From: a virus
Length of the DNA: 64,000 bases
IMG/VR virus record: IMGVR_UViG_3300050821_005889
Strand: one strand, 5' to 3'
A program made the translations under genes and the position numbers. The notes under the pieces were generated by a model. The model had not been told where the DNA came from and made no database searches. It was given only the letters and a program-made list of their open reading frames with translations. Below are positions 8,123 through 16,353 of the stretch, piece after piece (position 1 is the first letter of the stretch; each line of letters begins with the position of its first letter).

Positions 8123-9025
8123 TTAAGATTCAAAATTATAAGGTTGTCCATCTTTGTAAACCAGGTGGTACCCGGCAGCCACGGCGTCCTTACGATGCAG
8201 TGTTTCATAAACCCCGTCAGGGTTCACATACACTACACTGTGCCACGGGCTGCGTGTGGCCTTTGGACTACGTATCAATTGGAAGGAATATTTTTTCCCG
8301 TTATTAATACTGTTGTGCATAGATAGCCTTACGCTATCCTTAAACTCATGGGCTATAAGGGCAGAGTATGCTTCATTGCGTAACATCATTTCACGGGTCA
8401 GCAACTTTGCCGCCTTGTGTAATTGGTTACGGGATGGAAATTCTTTGACCGCCAGCTCTTCTTCCATGAATATAGACATTCCCCTGTACAGGTAATTAAC
8501 GTCCGGCTCCATCAGGATGCGGCGCTCTAACTCTACAGGTGTGATGCCGAATTGCTCCACTACCTTAGCCCTCATGTTGGCAAGGTGTCCTTGTCCTCCG
8601 TAGAAGTCTCTAAGGTCATACCAGCGAATAGGGGCTACTTTGGCAAGGTCTATTGACCTCTGCTCATAGTCTTCTACTGTGGTGTCTGATATGCCCAGCA
8701 GGTCTGAGAATATAAAGCCATCACTTACGATGGAGATATTCACGCCCGGAGGGTATATCTTTTTGATTGCATCGTTGAACTGCCCGAAGTTTTTCAGTGA
8801 CAGCTCTTCGCCCAGGTCAGGCAGTGTTCCTATTACCTTGTTCCTGGTATTAGCCGATTTCATCGGGTATCCCAGCATGACAAACGGAATAGGTTCCCCT
8901 GTTGTGACCTTTGAGTTTATCTTGTCGGCAAGTACCTGCTTGCCTACGGTCTCAAATTGGTCAATGGGCGTGGGTGGCATCCTAAAGTCCCGGAACGCCT
9001 CCACAATTGATTCTGTTGTGTTCAT
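8123..9025 (-). CDS. isonitrile (isocyanide) synthase, PvcA/IsnA/Dit1 family
   Basis: 300 aa. Family hallmarks appear in the expected order: GEPIPFVMLGYPMKSANTRNKVIGTLPDLGEE; YPPGVNISIVSDGFIFSDLLGISD; RLSMHNS; SPWHSVV. The length also matches the family. Confidence 0.7.
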   Translation of the reverse strand: MNTTESIVEAFRDFRMPPTPIDQFETVGKQVLADKINSKVTTGEPIPFVMLGYPMKSANTRNKVIGTLPDLGEELSLKNFGQFNDAIKKIYPPGVNISIVSDGFIFSDLLGISDTTVEDYEQRSIDLAKVAPIRWYDLRDFYGGQGHLANMRAKVVEQFGITPVELERRILMEPDVNYLYRGMSIFMEEELAVKEFPSRNQLHKAAKLLTREMMLRNEAYSALIAHEFKDSVRLSMHNSINNGKKYSFQLIRSPKATRSPWHSVVYVNPDGVYETLHRKDAVAAGYHLVYKDGQPYNFES

Positions 9026-9053
9026 TTAGTATTACAGTTTAGTTAGTAGTTTT

Positions 9054-10001
9054 TTATTCAGGTAAAATTATCCTGTCCACCTTACGTTCTATGTTATGGA
9101 ACTTAAGGAACGTGCGGGCAGCAGGCTCATTGAGTTTAAGCAGAACCAAAGGGTCTTTGCGGTACTCCGGGTCAAGCAGTAGCTGGTTGGTTCCGGCAGG
9201 GATTGTTATGGTCTGAGGGCGCAATCCGTGTGGCTTGGTGACAGGTTCCCCTTCAATGATAATGTAGTGCATGCCCAGTTCGGGTACGTTATTGCTTTTA
9301 ACCAGAACCACATCTCCTATCTGCAACCGCGCGGCATGTTCTTCACTGATTCGCACCACATCTTTTTTAGTCAATCGCACCTTGTCATCAAACAATTCAA
9401 GATTAAAAGGAGAGCTCATTAGCTTTGCCGTATCCACATCAGATACAAAGTGCAGTGTGGTACTTGGCAGCAGCGTGACAGCAGAATGTATTAACATCTT
9501 GCCGTCTGCGGGAGTGTGATAAAAGTTAGTATAGACTCCTTCTGTGACAATATCCGTCCTTACATACCTTACGGTATTTTTGAAAGGGTCAGTGCGGTGA
9601 AATACGCTGGAAAGAATCTTTCCTGAAATGAGCGCTTCCAACTGATAGGCTTCATCATGGGCATGTATCTGTGATACCAGTCCAGATTTCCACCGTACCA
9701 TTGTGTAACGGGCACTCGTCATGTCATCAATGGCCAGCGTGGTACGGTCTAAATTGAACTTCATGTCATCAGACGCCTTCGCCCAATTTTGTTTCTTTAA
9801 GGTCTGCGCCAGTTCGCTGAACATATCAAGGGTTACCGCTCTTTTTCGTTGGGCGTCCTGTCCATCTATTACAGGGGTTTCATTCAGGTAATGTTCATAT
9901 CCTGGTCTGTACAGTTTTAGCTGTGCCTCATTGCCCGGAACGCCAGCCGCTATTGTGAGGAGCGGGTTAGTGCTGGCGTGATAATATTTTGTTTCATCCA
10001 T
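9054..10001 (-). CDS. 3-His cupin, cysteine-dioxygenase-type-I-like, with extra C-terminal domain of about 120 aa
   Basis: RYTMVRWKSGLVSQIHAHDEAYQLEALISGKILSSVF parallels the CDO motif (W.xG..S.IHxH...L.G.L....F). A third His (MLIHSAV) lies 57 residues after the HxH. The gene is 28 nt upstream of the PvcA-like gene on the same strand. Confidence 0.5.
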   Translation of the reverse strand: MDETKYYHASTNPLLTIAAGVPGNEAQLKLYRPGYEHYLNETPVIDGQDAQRKRAVTLDMFSELAQTLKKQNWAKASDDMKFNLDRTTLAIDDMTSARYTMVRWKSGLVSQIHAHDEAYQLEALISGKILSSVFHRTDPFKNTVRYVRTDIVTEGVYTNFYHTPADGKMLIHSAVTLLPSTTLHFVSDVDTAKLMSSPFNLELFDDKVRLTKKDVVRISEEHAARLQIGDVVLVKSNNVPELGMHYIIIEGEPVTKPHGLRPQTITIPAGTNQLLLDPEYRKDPLVLLKLNEPAARTFLKFHNIERKVDRIILPE

Positions 10002-10006
10002 AGTAG

Positions 10007-10117
10007 TTATTTATGTTTTGTCTTGCGTTTGAGTTCCCTTTTGTTTTTCACCATGCCTACAAATACCAAGATTACCAGTGAAACCGGTGTGGCAAGGGCA
10101 ACAAAAATGTTCTCCAT
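10007..10117 (-). CDS. micro-protein, TM helix + basic tail (36 aa)
   Basis: MENIFVALATPVSLVILVFVGMVKNKRELKRKTKHK. Fills the gap between 10125..10406 and the cupin gene. Confidence 0.4.
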   Translation of the reverse strand: MENIFVALATPVSLVILVFVGMVKNKRELKRKTKHK

Positions 10118-10124
10118 AATTATT

Positions 10125-10406
10125 TTATTTTAATTGGTCTTCCAAATCAGCCCGTACATCATATACCAGCACATTCAGCTTGCGCTGAAATTCATGCGTG
10201 GTCTTAGATACGGGTTTGTCGTACATCAGTTCATAAATGAACTTGCCAGCTACAAAAGAGGCGTGCAGGGTGCCTATATGTTTTTGGTGGGCATCCGATA
10301 CAGAGTAAACACCCTCTTTAGTAGAGAGGTTAATAGTCAGGTTCTCAAAGTGGAACCCGTCAGTAGTTGTTCCCAGAACGGGAACCTTGTCGGTCAGTAA
10401 TTCCAT
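10125..10406 (-). CDS. hypothetical protein (93 aa)
   Basis: ATG at 10406, in the same-strand array. Confidence 0.6.
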   Translation of the reverse strand: MELLTDKVPVLGTTTDGFHFENLTINLSTKEGVYSVSDAHQKHIGTLHASFVAGKFIYELMYDKPVSKTTHEFQRKLNVLVYDVRADLEDQLK

Positions 10407-10434
10407 AGTAGTTTGTGTTTTAAATTGTTAGTGA

Positions 10435-10803
10435 TTAGTTGTCTCTTTCAGGATTGCTGCTATTAAGCAGGTTTATCAGAATTTCAAACGGGTCTGTGTG
10501 TTTGGCTGCAATGTTGTGATTGGTTCTTGTTAATACCTGCTCCACTACCCATCCTGCATAAAATGCCTGTTGCGGAGTCATTTTATCAAGCCTTTTAACG
10601 GCTCTGGTGTAAACTTCTTTACGGTTCCCAACTACACCGTCCTTGTACACCGTAGCCGTATCCTCGGAGTCGTCCTCTATGGCTTTTGTTATTTTGTTAG
10701 CCTGCTTCTCGGTGATGCCGATAATAGGAATCACGCTGACTTTGGCTTCCCTGTCCTGCTTGGTAAAATCCTCGCTGGAGTGCTTGTCTTTTTTGTTTGT
10801 CAT
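10435..10803 (-). CDS. hypothetical protein (122 aa)
   Basis: ATG at 10803. Confidence 0.65.
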   Translation of the reverse strand: MTNKKDKHSSEDFTKQDREAKVSVIPIIGITEKQANKITKAIEDDSEDTATVYKDGVVGNRKEVYTRAVKRLDKMTPQQAFYAGWVVEQVLTRTNHNIAAKHTDPFEILINLLNSSNPERDN

Positions 10804-10838
10804 TTGAATTTATGTTTAGTTAAATTAAATACCTACGA

Positions 10839-11105
10839 TTAAATGCCTGCTATGTAAACATCCCCGTCCCATGAAATATTCCATCCTTTGTTCCACCACC
10901 ATTTCGTTATGACATAACTACCATTATAAATAAACCAGAGCCTTGTCTCTTCGTGCATTCGGACGCCCTTGATATGGGTCTTATTTTGTTTGATTGCATC
11001 AAGTATAAGCGCCTCAACTCTTGCTATCTCATCTGGATAAGAATTAATGACGGCCTTCTTTACAACTTTAGCAGCCTCGTCTGCGGTTATGAATTTTTCT
11101 TTCAT
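10839..11105 (-). CDS. hypothetical protein (88 aa)
   Basis: ATG at 11105. Confidence 0.6.
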   Translation of the reverse strand: MKEKFITADEAAKVVKKAVINSYPDEIARVEALILDAIKQNKTHIKGVRMHEETRLWFIYNGSYVITKWWWNKGWNISWDGDVYIAGI

Positions 11106-11118
11106 GGCATTGTATGTT

Positions 11119-11484
11119 TTATCTTACTTCAATTATTACCTTCTTTGGCATCACATAAAAGTTCTGGTAGTCCTTTTTGTATTCCTCTTCCTGGTCGGCA
11201 AGGAAGACCTGTAGTGCATCATAGATGCGGTCAGATGTGGTATAATCATCCTTCCATACATGGGTGATTTCAAACTTATCGGTAAGGAACTCTGCAAGCC
11301 GGTAAAGGGCTACAGTGCCACCCTCTTCATATTCAGTGTACCCCATGTGGCTACCTGTGATAGCGCCACCCATAAGGTACAGGGTAACTTCATAGTGTAC
11401 CTCCTGCCAGCTTGTGAACCCGTTAGGGAAGAATTTGCGGTCAGCCTTAGCTACGCTCTTGATGTAATGTCTGCGGGTGTCCAT
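11119..11484 (-). CDS. hypothetical protein (121 aa)
   Basis: ATG at 11484. Confidence 0.65.
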   Translation of the reverse strand: MDTRRHYIKSVAKADRKFFPNGFTSWQEVHYEVTLYLMGGAITGSHMGYTEYEEGGTVALYRLAEFLTDKFEITHVWKDDYTTSDRIYDALQVFLADQEEEYKKDYQNFYVMPKKVIIEVR

Positions 11485-11488
11485 AGGT

Positions 11489-11794
11489 TTATTTTCTTTT
11501 AAAGAACATTCCTGTAGTTTGAAGTATATTTCTTAATGTCTCGGCAGTATTTTTATTATTGCAGTCTGCAATACATACAAGCCCTTGTCCGGGAATATGG
11601 GCAAATACACTATAAAAAGTAGCCTGCTTTTCTTCTACCTGTTCCTCCCATCTCATAACACCTCCATTTTTACCTTTTATACTTACAGGCTTTCTTAAAA
11701 CGTCCATAGGGAAAACTATAAAATCTTCCAGCTTAACACCATGCGGAATCTCTTCGGGATGGAATGTTATCTTGGAATCAAATTTCTTTTTCAT
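11489..11794 (-). CDS. hypothetical protein (101 aa)
   Basis: ATG at 11794. Confidence 0.65.
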   Translation of the reverse strand: MKKKFDSKITFHPEEIPHGVKLEDFIVFPMDVLRKPVSIKGKNGGVMRWEEQVEEKQATFYSVFAHIPGQGLVCIADCNNKNTAETLRNILQTTGMFFKRK

Positions 11795-11807
11795 ATTTAA
11801 AATGGTT

Positions 11808-12017
11808 TTATGAATTTATAGGCGAAACTGTTACCCTTACAAAAACCTCATAGGATATATTTTGCTCCCCCTCAGTAATTATACTTTTATCTAATCCTAT
11901 TCCAATAAGGTCATTGGTTAGTTGTTCTTTTGACGCCTTGCCAATTAGTTCTTTTTGATAAGGGGACAGTTCATAAAAAATGTCACTGCCGTCTAATTTA
12001 TATTCAAGTGTGAACAT
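11808..12017 (-). CDS. hypothetical protein (69 aa)
   Basis: ATG at 12017. Confidence 0.55.
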   Translation of the reverse strand: MFTLEYKLDGSDIFYELSPYQKELIGKASKEQLTNDLIGIGLDKSIITEGEQNISYEVFVRVTVSPINS

Positions 12018-12030
12018 GGTATTATATTAT

Positions 12031-12210
12031 TTAAAGTAAATCATAAATGTCGCTGGGAGGTACAGAGAGCAGGTCTCCTATACGCTCTGCGGCAGCTCCC
12101 GGCTCTACCTCATGGTAGTCCAGCAGTTGATAGATGGTCTCCCGGTCTTGGGGTGACAGTGGGGCTATAGTTTCTGCTATAGCCTTTACTATCTGGTCGT
12201 TTGGTTTCAT
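12031..12210 (-). CDS. hypothetical protein (59 aa)
   Basis: MKPNDQIVKAIAETIAPLSPQDRETIYQLLDYHEVEPGAAAERIGDLLSVPPSDIYDLL. Open frame checked by hand. One codon under the track cutoff. Confidence 0.45.
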   Translation of the reverse strand: MKPNDQIVKAIAETIAPLSPQDRETIYQLLDYHEVEPGAAAERIGDLLSVPPSDIYDLL

Positions 12211-12281
12211 CTCTTTGGTCTTTTGCGTCTTAGTAACCGTAGTATAAATATTACCACGGCGACAATCAGTATTATAGGCAT
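12207..12281 (-). CDS. micro-protein, TM helix + basic tail (24 aa)
   Basis: MPIILIVAVVIFILRLLRRKRPKR. TAATG overlap with the upstream stop and ATGA overlap with the downstream start. Confidence 0.35.
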   Translation of the reverse strand: MPIILIVAVVIFILRLLRRKRPKR

Positions 12282-12562
12282 TATTCTTCTTCCAAAAATC
12301 GTATCAGGTCTCTCTTGGTTTTAAACAGGTCGGTAACACTACCTATTTCATAGGTCACAGGGTCAATTGGATTAGCTGCCCATTGCAGCACTTTGGGTCT
12401 GTCAAACATATCAGAGAACCCGTAAGTGGAACGGATGAGGTAAGGCTTGCCTTTGATGTCCTGCACCTCATAGCTTTCGTCCTGAGAGAATATTTGGTTG
12501 CCCACAGAGAACCATTTTTTATTATTGGACTTGACTTCGGACAGTGTGAGTAGTGTTATCAT
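12281..12562 (-). CDS. hypothetical protein (93 aa)
   Basis: ATGA overlap with the upstream gene. Confidence 0.6.
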   Translation of the reverse strand: MITLLTLSEVKSNNKKWFSVGNQIFSQDESYEVQDIKGKPYLIRSTYGFSDMFDRPKVLQWAANPIDPVTYEIGSVTDLFKTKRDLIRFLEEE

Positions 12563-12879
12563 ATCTTATGTTTAAGTTTTATGACACGGATGATAGTATC
12601 GTCGTAGTTGTGCCTTCTGGCTATAATCTTATCTTTATCAAAGTGAATTAGAGTATATCCTTTGTGACGGTATATACCACCGTCCATTTCAATTAAATCT
12701 ACTCTTTCAGAAACGTTAGTAAGGTCAAATTCCTCCTTTGCAGCTCTGGCTAATGGACAATCTTTCCAATCTCCGAAATCGGCATCCTTAAAATGCTTCG
12801 CCCTTACAATGAGAGGCAACGCCCCGATGCTCCATGCCTGCATCCATGTGATGCGCAGGAGCCATAAAAAGTTTCTCAT
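12559..12879 (-). CDS. paralogue family A member 1 (106 aa)
   Basis: VRAKHFKDADF...DCPLARAAKEEF ... IIRVIKLK. Similar to 12876..13211 and 17226..17480. Confidence 0.65.
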   Translation of the reverse strand: MRNFLWLLRITWMQAWSIGALPLIVRAKHFKDADFGDWKDCPLARAAKEEFDLTNVSERVDLIEMDGGIYRHKGYTLIHFDKDKIIARRHNYDDTIIRVIKLKHKI

Positions 12880-13211
12880 ACCTTAGTTAATTTAATGGTT
12901 CGTATAATATTATCTCCGTAACTAAGCTCGTCTGCGGTAACAGAATCCATTTTAAACAAATGGCTACTATAGTCAGGATGTTTATATGTTACATATAGTC
13001 CTTTGTGATAATCTACCACCATTTCTGTGGTGCTCTCATATACAAGAGTGCCAAAAAATTCTCTTCCTGCTCTTGCTAACGGGCAGTCCGTTGTAGAGCT
13101 AAATCTTGCCTCCTGAAAATGCCTTGCCCTCACAATAAGGGTAACTTCCGGTAAGGTACGTTTGCCGGTTCCGTTGAACCAGTTCCGTATGGAATCAAAT
13201 AATTTATTCAT
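12876..13211 (-). CDS. paralogue family A member 2 (111 aa)
   Basis: VRARHFQEARF...DCPLARAGREFF ... IIRTIKLT. Confidence 0.65.
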   Translation of the reverse strand: MNKLFDSIRNWFNGTGKRTLPEVTLIVRARHFQEARFSSTTDCPLARAGREFFGTLVYESTTEMVVDYHKGLYVTYKHPDYSSHLFKMDSVTADELSYGDNIIRTIKLTKV

Positions 13212-13239
13212 AGTTATTAATTTGGTTTTATGCTGTAGT

Positions 13240-13575
13240 TTATGCCGTCAGCAACATAGGGAACAGGCTGGCGGCTATGATGTCGCTTTCTTTATCCACC
13301 GCTTCCTTAAGGGCTTCTATTGACCTTATTTCAAACAGGCGTTTGAGCAATTCTACACCCCTTTCATCCTCCTGCATATATTTTATATACGCTGCGGTGG
13401 CCTTGTCTTCGTCAAGGCTCTCTCTATCCAGCCCCATATCATTCCATTTGTCTGAGACCTTAGCGGATACCTCTGCATTAATGAGGTCTGCGAGTAGTAT
13501 TACAGCAGGAGGTAATCCAGAAAGTTTCTGCATTCTTATAGCGTCTCTGCGCTGTCTTTCCAAATCGTCTTTCAT
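13240..13575 (-). CDS. hypothetical protein (111 aa)
   Basis: ATG at 13575. Preceded by repeat element copy A and a TAAACTAACTAAAC leader. Confidence 0.65.
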   Translation of the reverse strand: MKDDLERQRRDAIRMQKLSGLPPAVILLADLINAEVSAKVSDKWNDMGLDRESLDEDKATAAYIKYMQEDERGVELLKRLFEIRSIEALKEAVDKESDIIAASLFPMLLTA

Positions 13576-13662
13576 AACTGTTTAGTTAGTTTACACGCCC
13601 CGTGTATCCATTCGGCAGCGTGTGCTCACTATCTTGTTCCGGCTTGCAACGGAGTAAACAGT
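13576..13662 (-). repeat. conserved intergenic element, copy A
   Basis: Minus-strand reading: GTTGCAAGCCGGAACAAGATAGTGAGCACA, then the hairpin CACGC...GCGTG, then AAACTAACTAAAC and the ATG. Roughly two-thirds identical by eye to the core of copy B at 16354..16433. Confidence 0.55.
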
Positions 13663-13995
13663 TTAGGCAGCTACTTTAGCAACCATGTAGTCCACAATGG
13701 TTTTCACTTCCTTGTCCAATACAACCTGGTGGTCTTGTGCGTCAATGATTTCATGAAGCATCTTGATGCCACGGTCTCCGTCAACCATGTAGTCATGGAA
13801 AGCGGTGTTCACTTTGTCGGCAACTTCATCATCATCGGTGTTAACCCCTTTGGCCTTTAAGGCAGAAGTAACAGCAGGTGCGGCAGATGCCATAAGTACC
13901 TGTTGTGTCATACCCATCATTACGTCAGTAAGTGGATTGCTCTGGTTGTCGCCAGTGGTAGTATCAGTACCAGTGGTGTTCTTTTTTGTTCTCAT
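13663..13995 (-). CDS. hypothetical protein (110 aa)
   Basis: ATG at 13995. Weak similarity to the 13240..13575 product (YM.D..RG[VI].[LM]L). Confidence 0.65.
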   Translation of the reverse strand: MRTKKNTTGTDTTTGDNQSNPLTDVMMGMTQQVLMASAAPAVTSALKAKGVNTDDDEVADKVNTAFHDYMVDGDRGIKMLHEIIDAQDHQVVLDKEVKTIVDYMVAKVAA

Positions 13996-14105
13996 TTTTG
14001 TAAAATTTAATTAGTGATAAAAAAATATGGTTCGTGTTCCTCCTGTTTTGACACGCGGCACCATAAGCACACAGGCAATCTGCGTCCTTTAAAACAACAA
14101 TATCA

Positions 14106-14357
14106 TTAGACGTCGTACCTGAACAAATCGCCTATCGTCCGTATAAATGGAGCCACACCAAAGGCGTGTAAGGTATTGGATGCAATATGAGCGCCGGGGG
14201 TGTTCCAGTAGAACTCCACCGCCATCCCTGCTGCAATAAATATCATCCCTATAGACAGATGTCTCATGCGACAATGTATCTGTCGTACTTTGTCTTTAGG
14301 CTGCCCTCTTACGTCAGCCCTGTGCCTGTTTGGCGGTTTGCTCTTGCGTCTCATCAT
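14106..14357 (-). CDS. small membrane protein (83 aa)
   Basis: Basic N-terminus followed by a TM segment (IGMIFIAAGMAVEFYW). Preferred over the overlapping 14089..14274 frame. Confidence 0.45.
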   Translation of the reverse strand: MMRRKSKPPNRHRADVRGQPKDKVRQIHCRMRHLSIGMIFIAAGMAVEFYWNTPGAHIASNTLHAFGVAPFIRTIGDLFRYDV

Positions 14358-14383
14358 TTTAGATTTAGTTAGTGTATCACCAT

Positions 14384-14554
14384 TTATTTAAGGTGTTTCT
14401 TTATAGTTGCTTCAATGCGTTTGGCGGCAAGGAACTTTGCCTGCTTGTCCAGTTTGCCAATGCTGGAAAGGGTTAGTTCCATTGACGTCAGCGTCCATTT
14501 AAGCTGCGCGTTAAGGTCAGAGACTTTAAGGGAATTGATTAAATCGGTGTGCAT
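14384..14554 (-). CDS. hypothetical protein (56 aa)
   Basis: MHTDLINSLKVSDLNAQLKWTLTSMELTLSSIGKLDKQAKFLAAKRIEATIKKHLK. Hand-translated; fills an otherwise empty gap. Confidence 0.45.
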   Translation of the reverse strand: MHTDLINSLKVSDLNAQLKWTLTSMELTLSSIGKLDKQAKFLAAKRIEATIKKHLK

Positions 14555-14560
14555 GGTATA

Positions 14561-14770
14561 TTAAATATTAGTTTGCTCGTCTAAATATTCCCCATATTCA
14601 ATAGGGAAATAAATCTGAATATCCTTCAATATTAAAGCATCATTGGATTGTGGCAGAATAATAGTATGTCTCAGCCACACTTTAATCTCAGCACTTTCCT
14701 GCTCGGTGCAATCTATGTCTCTTTTCTTTCGTTCTATTATTGCAATAAGCTCTTCGTCGTTAGATTCCAT
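14561..14770 (-). CDS. hypothetical protein (69 aa; track ORF extends to 14818)
   Basis: ATG at 14770 (MESNDEEL...) is preceded by an ACTAAACTAAATTAT leader. The longer start would overlap the micro-ORF 14781..14882. Confidence 0.5.
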   Translation of the reverse strand: MESNDEELIAIIERKKRDIDCTEQESAEIKVWLRHTIILPQSNDALILKDIQIYFPIEYGEYLDEQTNI

Positions 14771-14780
14771 ATAATTTAGT

Positions 14781-14882
14781 TTAGTAGTACCACCAGTAAG
14801 GGAATTGTTTGATGTCATCCCACAACCACATCCATGTCAGTACGGAAAGGGTTATCAGGATGACGATTGCGAGGGTGAACAT
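14781..14882 (-). CDS. micro-protein with TM helix (33 aa)
   Basis: MFTLAIVILITLSVLTWMWLWDDIKQFPYWWYY. Confidence 0.35.
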   Translation of the reverse strand: MFTLAIVILITLSVLTWMWLWDDIKQFPYWWYY

Positions 14883-14885
14883 AAT

Positions 14886-14984
14886 TTATATTCCTTTAGT
14901 AAGTCCTCCGTGTTTGAAGAACCTGCGGATGAATTTTTTAATGCGCTCCTTGCGTCTTTTCTTGCGGCTGTATAAGGGTTTCAT
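14886..14984 (-). CDS. micro-protein, highly basic (32 aa)
   Basis: MKPLYSRKKRRKERIKKFIRRFFKHGGLTKGI. Sits exactly between neighbouring stop and start codons. Confidence 0.3.
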   Translation of the reverse strand: MKPLYSRKKRRKERIKKFIRRFFKHGGLTKGI

Positions 14985-14985
14985 A

Positions 14986-15321
14986 TTATGATTTTAATGA
15001 CCTTTGGAATGCTTTGTCGTCACACAGTTCGGCAGCAAGGCACAGGATAGTGGAGCGGAGTTTGTACCCTTCGGCGTTCTTGTCTGCCCAGAAGCCACCG
15101 GGCATATAATCTGGCTTTGATATATTTAATTCAGGAAGATTTTTTGCGTTTATGGGTTCTGAGATAGCTGAGTGATATAACCTTTTTCCTATGGCTGCAC
15201 ACATTCCTATTTCGTGGTCGTATAAATCAATATTATTAAGCTCCTCCGTCTTTTCAATCTCTTCCACCAAAGAGAGATACAATTTTTTACGTTGACGCGG
15301 TGTTTTAATTTTTTGTAACAT
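14986..15321 (-). CDS. hypothetical protein (111 aa; track ORF extends to 15390)
   Basis: ATG at 15321 (MLQKIKTPRQRKK...) lies 11 nt after the stop of 15333..15752. The longer form would overlap that gene by 58 nt. Confidence 0.55.
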   Translation of the reverse strand: MLQKIKTPRQRKKLYLSLVEEIEKTEELNNIDLYDHEIGMCAAIGKRLYHSAISEPINAKNLPELNISKPDYMPGGFWADKNAEGYKLRSTILCLAAELCDDKAFQRSLKS

Positions 15322-15332
15322 AGATTTATGAT

Positions 15333-15752
15333 TTAGTATGCCTTGTCTATTCCGGCATCCCTTGCCCTTTGGGTTGCAAGTGCATCCCAATTGGTTTCAC
15401 CTTCGTTATCTGTAGTTTCATTAAGCCCTTGCTCATTCTCTGCTTCGAGGTAGGCGCGTTTGCAGGCATCCTGTAGTTCATTAAGCAGGTCTGCTTTGCG
15501 TCCTGTGACCTTATCAGAGAAGCCGGAGACGTTCAATGCACCTCTTATTCCACCTCCCAGATAGTTGACGTATGCGCCAAAATGATGGGGTAAATAGTTG
15601 GGGTCGACGTCAAAGGCAGTAGCCACATCGGAGCCGTTAAAGCCCAATGTGCCACCCCTGTATCCTATGTCGTAGGACAAAGCGCCTATCTCCAATGCCT
15701 CAAGGTCTGCAATAGATTGCACCTTGCGCAATTGTTTGATGTTATATTTCAT
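15333..15752 (-). CDS. hypothetical protein (139 aa)
   Basis: ATG at 15752. Confidence 0.65.
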   Translation of the reverse strand: MKYNIKQLRKVQSIADLEALEIGALSYDIGYRGGTLGFNGSDVATAFDVDPNYLPHHFGAYVNYLGGGIRGALNVSGFSDKVTGRKADLLNELQDACKRAYLEAENEQGLNETTDNEGETNWDALATQRARDAGIDKAY

Positions 15753-16110
15753 AGTTAGTCCCTGTTAATTACTTTGATAGTATAACCGTATTTTGCGAAA
15801 AGGTCGGTAAGGAGTTCTATCTTTTTGTCGATGGTAGTGTTTTCGTCATCCAAGGCCACCAAAGCCCCAGCCGTTGTTACTGTTATAGGGTTCTGTTTTG
15901 GTTGCTTTTTTAACAGCAAGATTACGTACCTCCTTGAGTTCCTCAGAGGGAGGTGTCCAGTGCATACTCATGATTTCTCCTTTTTGTCTTTTAGGCAATA
16001 TTTGCAATATCCGCCTACATCTCCTTTATGACCTTTTCAAAAAGGGCACCCGTTATTCTTTTATGGATAACAGGTGCCTCGAATAGTGTAGCCTGCATAG
16101 GTCTTAAGGA

Positions 16111-16353
16111 TTACAAGCTCCTGGCATAAGATAGTGCCTGTGAATAGGTAGCGTCTGCAACCTGTTTAACAGGTGCACTGAAAGGAACCACCGGAACGTG
16201 TTTTGCTTTTTTAGCCCTCTTGCATTTGGGCTTTGACTCCGGTATGTCATAGGGCATAAAGCAGGTTTTGTCTTTTACGTAGGGTTTGGGTTTCCTATCG
16301 TACTTCTCGTTGAACGCGGGAGCGCGCAGTTCATTTTCAGTTAAGTTTCTCAT
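16111..16353 (-). CDS. hypothetical protein (80 aa)
   Basis: ATG at 16353. Preceded by repeat element copy B and a CAAACTAACTAAAC leader. Confidence 0.6.
   Translation of the reverse strand: MRNLTENELRAPAFNEKYDRKPKPYVKDKTCFMPYDIPESKPKCKRAKKAKHVPVVPFSAPVKQVADATYSQALSYARSL

Noticed and set aside
14089-14274. Alternative minus-strand ORF overlapping 14106..14357
   Set aside because: It is in a different frame of the same DNA. The 14106..14357 frame has an ATG abutting the upstream gene plus a plausible TM segment. Only one of the two can be real.
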